Source of the DNA: a virus
Virus record (IMG/VR): IMGVR_UViG_3300010965_000427
Location: 57,728 to 121,727 of that record
Strand: one strand, 5' to 3'
DNA length: 64,000 bases
The position numbers were made by a program, and so were the translations under genes. Below are positions 39,732 through 48,700 of this stretch, one piece after another. The stretch's first letter is position 1; the number at the start of each line of letters is the position of its first letter. The notes beneath the pieces are model-generated. The model saw only the letters and a program-made list of their open reading frames with translations. It was not told the origin of the DNA and ran no database searches.

Positions 39732-40424
39732 ATGGCCAATAAAGGCATGAAAAAAAAATCTTTTTCATATGCGCAATTACCAAAACAAGGAGACGTTGAT
39801 GTTGTTCTTGCTTTCTTATTTCAAAAAATACTGCAAGTTCATTGTTCCAACCATCAACGTTTTGATTATTTAATGCTAAGGTATTTGGCGGATGAAAAAA
39901 ATCATTTTCCGCAAAACATAAGAGATAAAACAAGCATAAGAGGAAATCTCAGAAAAGAACTTTTAAAAACAACAATGTCCTGGAAAGTATTTTGCAAAGG
40001 ATTGTGTTTTTTAGAAATTCATTCAATAAATATAAACACAGTGCTTTTACACCCTGGGCAAAAAACCACTAGTCATTTATCTGAAATTATATATCTTAAT
40101 AATTCTAAAAGTTCTAATTGCGTTTTAGCAACTATGTATCACAGAATACTAAACGAATTAGGACTTAATAGCAATAATTTATTAGAATTTTTTAATAAAC
40201 AACTTGTAAATGCAGATCCAGCCTTTAGAGGAAATTTAAAAAAAGAGCTTTTAAAACCAATAATGACTTGGAAAGTATTTTGCAAAGGAATTTGGTTTCT
40301 TAATTGTGAGAAAATAAATTTTTATGTTAATATTATTGAGCCAAAGATGCCCATATCATCACATGGAATTGTAATGAGATCTCCTTCTTTTCCTGTTCTG
40401 TTAAACCTACCAACCGGCAATTAA
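39732..40424 (+). CDS. hypothetical protein with an internally duplicated domain
   Basis: RGNL.KELLK..M.WKVFCKG..FL occurs twice; CACATATA motif upstream at ~39702. Confidence 0.75.
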   Translation: MANKGMKKKSFSYAQLPKQGDVDVVLAFLFQKILQVHCSNHQRFDYLMLRYLADEKNHFPQNIRDKTSIRGNLRKELLKTTMSWKVFCKGLCFLEIHSININTVLLHPGQKTTSHLSEIIYLNNSKSSNCVLATMYHRILNELGLNSNNLLEFFNKQLVNADPAFRGNLKKELLKPIMTWKVFCKGIWFLNCEKINFYVNIIEPKMPISSHGIVMRSPSFPVLLNLPTGN

Positions 40425-40429
40425 TTCAG

Positions 40430-40942
40430 ATGGATCAAAATCAAAATGATTTATTCACCCCATTTGATAAAGCGGTTTATCTTTTTATAAGAGCGTTAGA
40501 TGAACAAATTACTATAGAAAAATTAAGAAAAAAAGATAATAAATTAGGTATTTTTCTTTTTGAAATTTACTTAGAAAAGGACATTTATAGATTTTTTAGA
40601 CCTAGCGAAATATTGAATACAACTAGCAAATTATTTGAAAATATTGAAAATAGAACATTTATTCTTGAGGTAGCTGACAGACTTTCCATATATTTCATGT
40701 CTGAACCAGCTTTATACAAAAATTTCATAGACTCCATTGTATTAGGAATTTGTAATACGCATTTAAAAAAAGAAACAGATAATTTAATTCCTGCTCAAAT
40801 TTTTCTATCTATAGAAGTTACTTCCATAGAAGAAATTACTTCATTATTATTTAACAATATTTGGTTATTAGTTATTTTTCTTATAAAAATGTTCTACGAT
40901 CAATCAAATTATTTTAAACATGAACTGAAGTCTCCAACATGA
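40430..40942 (+). CDS. hypothetical protein (170 aa)
   Basis: Tightly coupled to the previous ORF. Confidence 0.65.
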   Translation: MDQNQNDLFTPFDKAVYLFIRALDEQITIEKLRKKDNKLGIFLFEIYLEKDIYRFFRPSEILNTTSKLFENIENRTFILEVADRLSIYFMSEPALYKNFIDSIVLGICNTHLKKETDNLIPAQIFLSIEVTSIEEITSLLFNNIWLLVIFLIKMFYDQSNYFKHELKSPT

Positions 40943-41034
40943 GCTGAAAGTTTTAATGTTAGTTTAACAACTAGCATAAAACCGAGGCTTAATCTCCGCC
41001 CCGACCAACGCTGATAAATCATTGAGGCAATGAC

Positions 41035-42231
41035 ATGTACAACCAAAAGCCCACTCGCCGCTTCTCCACCCAACGGCCTTTCGAGGACTTGGAAGGTTTT
41101 TCCAAGAGAGCCGTTCCGAGTTCCTTGTTTCGGCTTCTACCAAGAGCCGATAATATTGGGGAAGACGGCGAAGGCCACATTAACACCTGGGATACTGGAA
41201 CAACCAAGCTTGGAAAAAGGCTGGCCCACTCCTCCCACACTCCGTGGCGGCACAAGTATTTCGGCCAATTTTCGACGTTAAAGGGATTTTGGTATTACAT
41301 TAAGTCGGATAATCGCGATGACCGCTTTCGCACTCTTACCGGGCCACGATTGGAAAGCCTGAAAAGAGAATTCGAAGGAATGGATCAATTTACGGTGGAA
41401 GTGCCGAATTTTAGGGCGTTAATTCTCGACGCCACATATCAGAAAATCCAACAATTTTCCGACACCGAAGCTCTCATGAGGGAGTCAGACCTCCCGTTTG
41501 ATTGCTACTTCTACAACAGAAGCCAAGACGGAGAGCAGGGCGCCCGAATTCGTCTTAAGTTTGCTGTGTGGCTATTGGACGGATTGGAAGAAATCCGAAA
41601 TGCGCTGAAGGAAGACAGAGAACCGGATTTTACAAAATACTATGACCCTGAGCACCTCGATCTGGATCTCTACACCGGCAAGGCAAAAAAGGTGAAGCCG
41701 CCTGTTGTAAGAGAAGAAGCCGCGTTGACAACGCAGCCAGTTGAAAAAGGCGACGAAGGTGTTGAAATTGCGGCTACCGACGAAGCGGAGCAAGAACAAA
41801 CGAACGATCAAAACAACAAAATTGACGATTTGCTGGAGATGCTGAAACCGGAAGAAAAGCTGCAATCCCAGGCATTTGAAGATAATGCAGTCGATGTTCT
41901 GTTTGGAGATCCTAATGAAGCGCCAACTGGGATTGCATCTGACGGCGTTGTTGTCGATTTGTTATTTCCAGAAGAAAATCCAACAGAAACAACTTCCGAT
42001 GACGGCGAGCAATATGCGGACACCATCTTGCTGCCAGAAATCATCAAAAACCCAATTCCGACAGTACAACCAAAACCTACCAATGACGACGAAAGTGGTA
42101 AGGAGGTATTGTTAAACAACAAAAATAGCAAGGATGCGCTGATTCTTAACCAACCGGCTGAAGAACAGGAAGAAATATTGCCTGGGTTCAGGAGTCTCCG
42201 TGAAGCCGAAAATCCGGAAGACGAAGAATAA
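41035..42231 (+). CDS. NADAR / T4 gp30.3-like domain protein with a long acidic tail
   Basis: DG..HIN....G.T.LG..L.....TP....FG.F.T..GFW.Y pattern; GAGG SD 7 nt before ATG; last ~180 aa rich in E/D/P. Confidence 0.65.
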   Translation: MYNQKPTRRFSTQRPFEDLEGFSKRAVPSSLFRLLPRADNIGEDGEGHINTWDTGTTKLGKRLAHSSHTPWRHKYFGQFSTLKGFWYYIKSDNRDDRFRTLTGPRLESLKREFEGMDQFTVEVPNFRALILDATYQKIQQFSDTEALMRESDLPFDCYFYNRSQDGEQGARIRLKFAVWLLDGLEEIRNALKEDREPDFTKYYDPEHLDLDLYTGKAKKVKPPVVREEAALTTQPVEKGDEGVEIAATDEAEQEQTNDQNNKIDDLLEMLKPEEKLQSQAFEDNAVDVLFGDPNEAPTGIASDGVVVDLLFPEENPTETTSDDGEQYADTILLPEIIKNPIPTVQPKPTNDDESGKEVLLNNKNSKDALILNQPAEEQEEILPGFRSLREAENPEDEE

Positions 42232-42271
42232 AGCGGCGGCGGTAATGTAATAAGCCCTGCTTTAGAATGAT

Positions 42272-42322
42272 TCACACCGCGCGCTGCCGAATAAGCGCGC
42301 GGTGTGATAACGGTCTTTTTTT
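42272..42322 (+). terminator. GC-rich intrinsic terminator
   Basis: TCACACCGCGCGCT/AGCGCGCGGTGTGA 14-bp stem, followed shortly by a T run. Confidence 0.8.
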
Positions 42323-42331
42323 GAGAGAAAA

Positions 42332-43192
42332 ATGCCTATTACTCCAACTAGATTTGAAATTTCTGATAAAGAAACTAACATTGTTGTTAAAGATTTCAGG
42401 TCTTTAGATACATCAAATATTCTTAATTCTGCAATGAAGGGGCTTGCTACTTTAACGGAGGCGGTTAAAACAATATCGTCGCTAGCCCAAGGTAAAAATT
42501 TACAAAACGCCTTAAAAGGAATAGCAGCAAATGCTGCCAGCGGAATTATCGGAAAAGTAGTCAGTAGCGCAGAGGGATATGTTGGAAAGGCAATCAGCAG
42601 TGCAGAAGGATATGTTTCTCGCATAGCGAAAGACGGAATTTCATCTGTAAATACATTGGTTAGCAGCGCGGCAAACGTAATAGACAAAGTAGCTTCGCCT
42701 TTACTAGCTGGAATGGATTCTGTTAAATCTATCATTAGACAAGTAGATGCAACCGGCTATGCTCAAATACTTAGTAATGCCGTAAATGTTGTAAGCACTT
42801 CTTCTTTATTAAGCCAAAATGGAACAGTTAGAAAAATAGCAGCAGAGTATAATCAAGCCACTCAATATGTTGGATTGGTTAATAGTTTATGTGATAATAA
42901 ATATACAGGAAAAATTTTAAATCCCTCTGTAACCGAACGAGTAGTCTCGTCGGTTACAAAGCAAACATCGTCTATTGGATTAGTTGGAGTTTTCAACGCA
43001 TTTGAACAATCGGTGACAGATCCAAAAGGGCTAGTAAGAGCTGGGGTTAATCTTATAAATTACGCTAGCGAACAAAAAGATTCTAATTTAGTTTTAGAAA
43101 TAGCAAATAGCACAATTGCGTCTTCTTTGTTAAGAAACAACCCAACAATTGCGGCTACTATAACAAACGGCATTAAGTTAAGCAGTATGTAA
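42332..43192 (+). CDS. putative virion (tail/baseplate) protein, gp139-like N-terminal part
   Basis: S/A/G-rich protein with 11-aa repeats; convergent on the gp182-like gene. Confidence 0.55.
   Translation: MPITPTRFEISDKETNIVVKDFRSLDTSNILNSAMKGLATLTEAVKTISSLAQGKNLQNALKGIAANAASGIIGKVVSSAEGYVGKAISSAEGYVSRIAKDGISSVNTLVSSAANVIDKVASPLLAGMDSVKSIIRQVDATGYAQILSNAVNVVSTSSLLSQNGTVRKIAAEYNQATQYVGLVNSLCDNKYTGKILNPSVTERVVSSVTKQTSSIGLVGVFNAFEQSVTDPKGLVRAGVNLINYASEQKDSNLVLEIANSTIASSLLRNNPTIAATITNGIKLSSM
42551..42616 (+). repeat. 33-bp tandem duplication (GKVVSSAEGYV/GKAISSAEGYV)
   Basis: Two adjacent 33-nt units starting GGAAA and ending GGATATGTT. Confidence 0.8.
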
Positions 43193-43208
43193 AAAAGGTG
43201 TTGTTTTT

Positions 43209-43484
43209 ATGAAACAGGCTAATTACGTAGACGCATGGGTAAATTTAGCAGGGGCGCTTACAAAAGTTGATGCTAACTGGAATAAATATCGATATGACAA
43301 TCAAATTAAACTTTCAACAACTTCAATAGAAGTTACAAATGTCGATGTAATCACTTTATTAAAAGCTAATGTTCTGTCAAAAGAATATTTGATTGGCCCA
43401 GAAGAAAATGTCTCAGCTATAGATGACGCAGCCTTTTTATTAACAGCATTGGTAACTCCGTTTAAATTATGCGATCGTGTTTAG
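43209..43484 (+). CDS. hypothetical protein (91 aa), possibly the separated C-terminal part of the upstream protein
   Basis: AAGGTG SD 8 nt upstream; L...L.K.D.NW motif. Confidence 0.6.
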   Translation: MKQANYVDAWVNLAGALTKVDANWNKYRYDNQIKLSTTSIEVTNVDVITLLKANVLSKEYLIGPEENVSAIDDAAFLLTALVTPFKLCDRV

Positions 43485-43497
43485 ATTCGATTGTTTT

Positions 43498-43533
43498 ACT
43501 TTGTGGCAGCAGGTCGCCTTGCTGCCACAAAGT
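43498..43533. terminator. bidirectional terminator hairpin
   Basis: ACTTTGTGGCAGCA/TGCTGCCACAAAGT between convergent genes. Confidence 0.8.
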
Positions 43534-43539
43534 GGCAAT

Positions 43540-45690
43540 TTATCTAGTAACCAAAGAACTACCCCCAAGAAGATTTTCAATAGTCTTCCCAGGAATAATA
43601 TAATTTAACATTCCTGTTGTCGTGGATGAATGTACAAAACTAGCCCAATATGCAGGAGAAAGTAATTGCGCTTTACTAAATACTTGCTTAGCAAAATTCA
43701 ATTTAGCTTTCGGTAAAGGATATATTTGACTATACATATCCTGCCCTGCTAGGACAGCTAAATAGTCAGTCAATATATTATCTCCATCTAGTGTTTCATT
43801 TGTTCCAAAAAATGTTCCATTTGAAATAGGCATATGTAAAATTGTCGATAAATCCATAACGCTAAATGTTACATCTACCGCTAAAGGCACTCCTCTATTA
43901 GTAAATGCCAAATGGCTAGTTCCTCTTGAAATCGATAAACTCTCTATCAAACCTAATTGGATCTGACACCTACCTCTATCAAATATCTGTACTAAAAACG
44001 GGCTAGTATACGATTGATTTCCGGTAGATAAAGGAAGGGCTCCTGCTAATATCATACTTAAAGGAATATAAATATTTTGCATCCTGGATATAACATTTCC
44101 ATATGGGCTAATCAATTGCATTGAATAAGAAGCCCTAGGCAACGAAGCGGTAGAACTTTGCCAATGTCTTGGTATATCTATAAAACCAGAGCCGGCTAAC
44201 CCAGCTAAATTACCAGCTAAACCAAATGTTACCGAATCTAAAGCTCCCAATGCTACATCCCCAACTGCTTTCAAAGAACTTGAAAGCGCATTAGCTATTG
44301 GGTTGTCTCCTAAATTTCCGTTAGCAAATGTAAATCTAGCTTCTCTAGCAGAAGACGATGTGCTGTTGAATTTACTTTGAAGATCTGATTCTACTGCTGA
44401 ACTAGTAAATGATTCTTGCGTTGCCCCAGTGTTATCAACTTTAAAAATAGCAAATTGGCTACCTTGCCTCATTTCTGCGTCAAAATATTCTCTAAACCCG
44501 GCCGGAGGCTGCTTTACGTCCTCCATAGTTTCTGTATTTATTTTTGGAGATCCTTCTGCTGCATTTGCCGTTTTATCATCTCCGGTATAATATGCAAATG
44601 TGCAATGTTGTCTAATAAAATTCCAAAGAGTTGTTCCGCCAGTGGGCGTATTTAGTCCTTCTGAATATGATTTCTTTAATATTCCAGTATAATCAGTTGC
44701 CGATCCTTCATTAAACTTTTGAAAGTCTTGCGCCTCTTGCCAGTTAGCAATTCTTTGTGCTTTAGTGGCTATTGCAAATATATCAAAACCAAAATTTTCT
44801 GTAAATGCATCTGGCATTAAATCAGATAATTTTGATAAAAATGTATCATCTAAATTATAAGGGCTATTTAATTTTTGATCAACATTATTACTCCCAACAA
44901 AACCAGGAAATACTCTTGGCATTACCCCGCTATTTACAGCGATAGCATTTACAAGATCACTTACAGCTGACCAATACAAATGCATTGTTGGTTTCATTGT
45001 AAAAAATTTACTGGAACTTTTTCCAAAAAATAAATCTATCATCCAACTGCCTAATACGTTTCCTAAAATAATTGCTCCTGCCGCTGGAAAAGCTACAGCG
45101 ACTCCTACAGCTCCGGCTATTCTACCAGCTTCGTACCAAGCGCTTAGCCCGCGCCCTGTTCTAGCTAAGGATGTAAGATTAGCATCAAATGACCTAGTTA
45201 AAAATGTACCCAATGAACTAAATTGAGGAACACCAAATCGTAAATATATAGTTTGTTGATTATCGTCAATAGCCTCGCTATAGTAGCGCCCCATGCCGTA
45301 ATTTCCATCTGTCATTCCAACAGTTAAATCGTCTCGGCCAGCATTTCTGCCTTTAACTGGCAAATCACTGTAGGGAGTAAATTGTGGCCTGGGGTTTATT
45401 CCTAAATTTCCGCCCATTCTGGTATCTGTAAATTTAATATTAGCAGAAGTCCAATATGTCTTTTTTTGATCTTCGGCTTCATCAAATTCTGCTTCAGTAA
45501 TTAAAAACGCTACTTTGGCCCAATCTGCATCTAGAGTGGAATCTATAGAAGTGCCGCCATCAATTACTGAATTAACTCCGTCAAAATAAGCGGAAGCTCC
45601 TTGAGAAGAACCGTCTACAGTTCCGTCTTCTTTAACAACAGAAACTCCTGCTCTATATGGTCGTATAATGGACGTAGAAGGAATAGCCAT
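43540..45690 (-). CDS. tail tip/baseplate hub protein, phiKZ gp182-like
   Basis: KFTDT.MGGN..INP.PQFT.Y.D, GMGRYYSEAIDD, FGVPQF, L.SPYG; directly downstream of the gp181-like gene. Confidence 0.75.
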   Translation of the reverse strand: MAIPSTSIIRPYRAGVSVVKEDGTVDGSSQGASAYFDGVNSVIDGGTSIDSTLDADWAKVAFLITEAEFDEAEDQKKTYWTSANIKFTDTRMGGNLGINPRPQFTPYSDLPVKGRNAGRDDLTVGMTDGNYGMGRYYSEAIDDNQQTIYLRFGVPQFSSLGTFLTRSFDANLTSLARTGRGLSAWYEAGRIAGAVGVAVAFPAAGAIILGNVLGSWMIDLFFGKSSSKFFTMKPTMHLYWSAVSDLVNAIAVNSGVMPRVFPGFVGSNNVDQKLNSPYNLDDTFLSKLSDLMPDAFTENFGFDIFAIATKAQRIANWQEAQDFQKFNEGSATDYTGILKKSYSEGLNTPTGGTTLWNFIRQHCTFAYYTGDDKTANAAEGSPKINTETMEDVKQPPAGFREYFDAEMRQGSQFAIFKVDNTGATQESFTSSAVESDLQSKFNSTSSSAREARFTFANGNLGDNPIANALSSSLKAVGDVALGALDSVTFGLAGNLAGLAGSGFIDIPRHWQSSTASLPRASYSMQLISPYGNVISRMQNIYIPLSMILAGALPLSTGNQSYTSPFLVQIFDRGRCQIQLGLIESLSISRGTSHLAFTNRGVPLAVDVTFSVMDLSTILHMPISNGTFFGTNETLDGDNILTDYLAVLAGQDMYSQIYPLPKAKLNFAKQVFSKAQLLSPAYWASFVHSSTTTGMLNYIIPGKTIENLLGGSSLVTR

Positions 45691-45710
45691 AAAAAACCTC
45701 CGATTGAAAA

Positions 45711-45738
45711 TGCATTGAGCAGCATGCTGCTCAATGCA
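45711..45738. repeat. 28-bp perfect palindrome between co-oriented tail genes
   Basis: TGCATTGAGCAGCA|TGCTGCTCAATGCA. Confidence 0.85.
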
Positions 45739-45750
45739 CGTGACAGTTAC

Positions 45751-48700
45751 CTATGCTAAAATTGATCTAGTCAAATCAACTCCTCCTCTTGGGGCCGTCT
45801 TGGCAGGAGATGTTGTATTTACAGCGGAAGGTTCTGGATTTTTTGATGAACTACCTAATTTATTTATAATATCTATAAGGCGCTCTGGTTCAATTTTAGT
45901 TAATATTTGTTGTAAAGTTGTTAGCATTTGTGTTTGAATGTCAATCGATTTTATTAATGTTTTATCTAAATTCGCTATACCGTCATTTAATCCTAACGAT
46001 CCTAAAGAAGCCCCTCGGTCTATTGGAGCAGAGATTTGCGGAGGCACATTAACTGCTTGATTTGTTTCAATGCCAGTTGGCACTTGTAGCCCGCCTGTAG
46101 CCCCAGCTGCGGCTGGCTGCGGGCCCAACCCAGGGGTTACACCTAACTGCTCAGGCAATTGCCCTGCTGGGCTTGCAGGGCCGTTTTGAGGCGTAGGTGC
46201 AGAATTAATTGTAGTTTGATTCGTCTGTTGACTTTTAGCTATTTGAGGCAATGAAGTAGAGGGCGATGCGCCTAATGGAATGTTCCATTGCTTTGCCCTT
46301 TTTTGCATAACGTCATTAGCCCATTGAATAATTCCTCCAACTGTTCTATTATTGCCGAATATAGTTGGATTAGCAAAAGCGGCAGCCGGAAAGTGTTTTG
46401 CAGCAATTTCTCCTGGAGGCAAAGAAAAAAGCTTTTTTGCTCCTCCGGCGCCCATAAAGTGAGCTAAATATAGATCTCCTGCGCCAGGATTTGGCCTAAC
46501 CCCACTAAGCGCCCTGGCATTTTCTTTAATAAACTCCATTCCCATTAATGCGTTTGCATTATCATCCATTGGAGATGTATTTGGAGAAAGATTATATTTG
46601 CCTCCGTAATCTTTAAGAACTTTCGCCCAAGTGCCTTTAATAAATTGAAATATTCCTCTAGCACTAGACGATTTTGCTGCTTTATTTTGCCCCATGCCAG
46701 ATTCAACGGCTGCCATTGTAAGAGCTATTGCGGGATCAACTCCCACTCTTTGAGCTGCATCTACTATAATTTTTTTGATATTAGATTGTTTTCCAGATGT
46801 ATCTATAGGACTAGATGGCTGCGGGGCTTGGCTTTGAGCGGCATTTATTTGCATTCCTCTGTCGATTCCGCCAGCGGATGATGCGGCATTTGCAGATTCA
46901 GCCTGCCCTCCAATGGTAGCCGGCCCAGCGTTTTGTACTCCCTGAGCTATTCCGCCTTGCGACGATGGCGTTGTTCCTCCTTGGGTTTCGATGCCAGACA
47001 TTCCTGGCTTTGGAATGGCTCCAGAACCGGAAGCCATATTTACATCTCCCCCAGGAACTACCCCAAGTTCCTCACTGGTGGGCATTACCCCAGCAGCGCC
47101 GCCTGAAAATACAGCTCCAGAAGTTTTATCGTCTCGGCCTTTTGGCCTAGCGCCAGGGGTTAACCCATAGCCGCCGCCGCCCCTGCCTAATGATGCTGCT
47201 ATTTGTTGTTCTGCATATTTTGAATCTAATTTAGATTTTGCTACAGATTGAAGAGACGCTGCTACTCCAGATGGCTCTATGTGCCAGTCTTCGGCTCCAA
47301 TTGGTCTTGTAAATCCATACTTTTTCATTAAACCTAAAGATTCTAATTCATTTGCATTAGCCGATGAAATATCCATAGCTAATCCAAATTCATGAGCAGA
47401 ATAGCCAGGAGTTGCAGCTAATCTAGGGCTGTTTTTTTTAGCTCTAACCTGGTCTTCATATGTTCTAAATGCGCTTGTAATAACTATTTTCTTTTTAGTT
47501 TTCTTACCATATTCGGCAGCCATTGCGCGAAAATTTCTCATAAAGCCAGGCATCATGCCTGTGCGTTTTGGCCCGCCAGAATCCACGCCTATTTTTCCTA
47601 TTGCGTGCCCTATTGGCTGAATAAACGCATCTCCAAATTTTGAGTCCACGGGAGCATTAGTTATAGATACTGAATTTGGAGTTTGCATAGGAGCATTAGG
47701 AGCAATTGCTCCTGGCTCTGGGCGAATTCCGCCAGCAATAGTTCCTGCTAATGTAGAAGTTTTTCCAGTCGGTACTTCGTTATTAGTTGGAGAAATTTCT
47801 GTCTGAGAATTTGCAGCTGTGATTCGTGGCCCGAAAGTATTTGGTTGAGGAGTTACAAATGTAGAAGTTCCCGAAGCCGAAGCTCCTGGCGTTGGATTAG
47901 CCGCGGTTGTTGCAGCAATTGATGCTTCTGCTTTTTTCTGAGAAACAGACTGTTCTGTTAATTTTTCTTTAGAAGCTCTAATTTGAAGATAGGCCATATT
48001 GTCCTTAATAATAGCCGAATTAGTTCCCAAGACTATTCCTATCCAAGGACTGGCGCCAATTGTCCAAACATCGGATACCCCAGATATTTTCAAACCTATT
48101 TCGTATTGGTCTCCTTCTTTTAAAGACTCCTCTATATCAAATGAATCTAGCTTATTTGTTTTTAAATAGCCAATTCCTGTATATGTTAAATAAATAGGAA
48201 GAAATCTAAATTTAAACCACATTAACCATTGAGCAGCATTTTTATCATTTATAGAAGATAAGCTAAATTCTCCGCCAACCTCTTTAATAATAATTGCAGC
48301 GTCGCCATCAAAGGTCGCAACGCCGTCTCTAGTTACTCTAATTTTAGAAGCTAAGCATTCTTCTAATCTTCTAATAGCTGAAACTTTAATTCTATCTAAA
48401 TATACTAAACCGTAAGATTTAAATCTAACTGCTTCCAAAGCCGATACTGATAAACCAAAGCGTTTAATTGCTCTGGATGAAATAGATAATAATAATTTGG
48501 TATCTTCTTTAACAGCTGAAATAAATGACAATCCGGTTGTTTTTAGATTATCGTAAGTCGAAGTAGCAATTGTAGTTAATTCCGTTTTTCCCCAGGTTTC
48601 TAATTTTTTTAGCATTGCCGCCCCGCCAGGAACTTCTTGTTCTTTTTTATCGGCATTCGATGCAACGGTGGCAGAAATAGACCCAGGTTCAACTGCTTTT

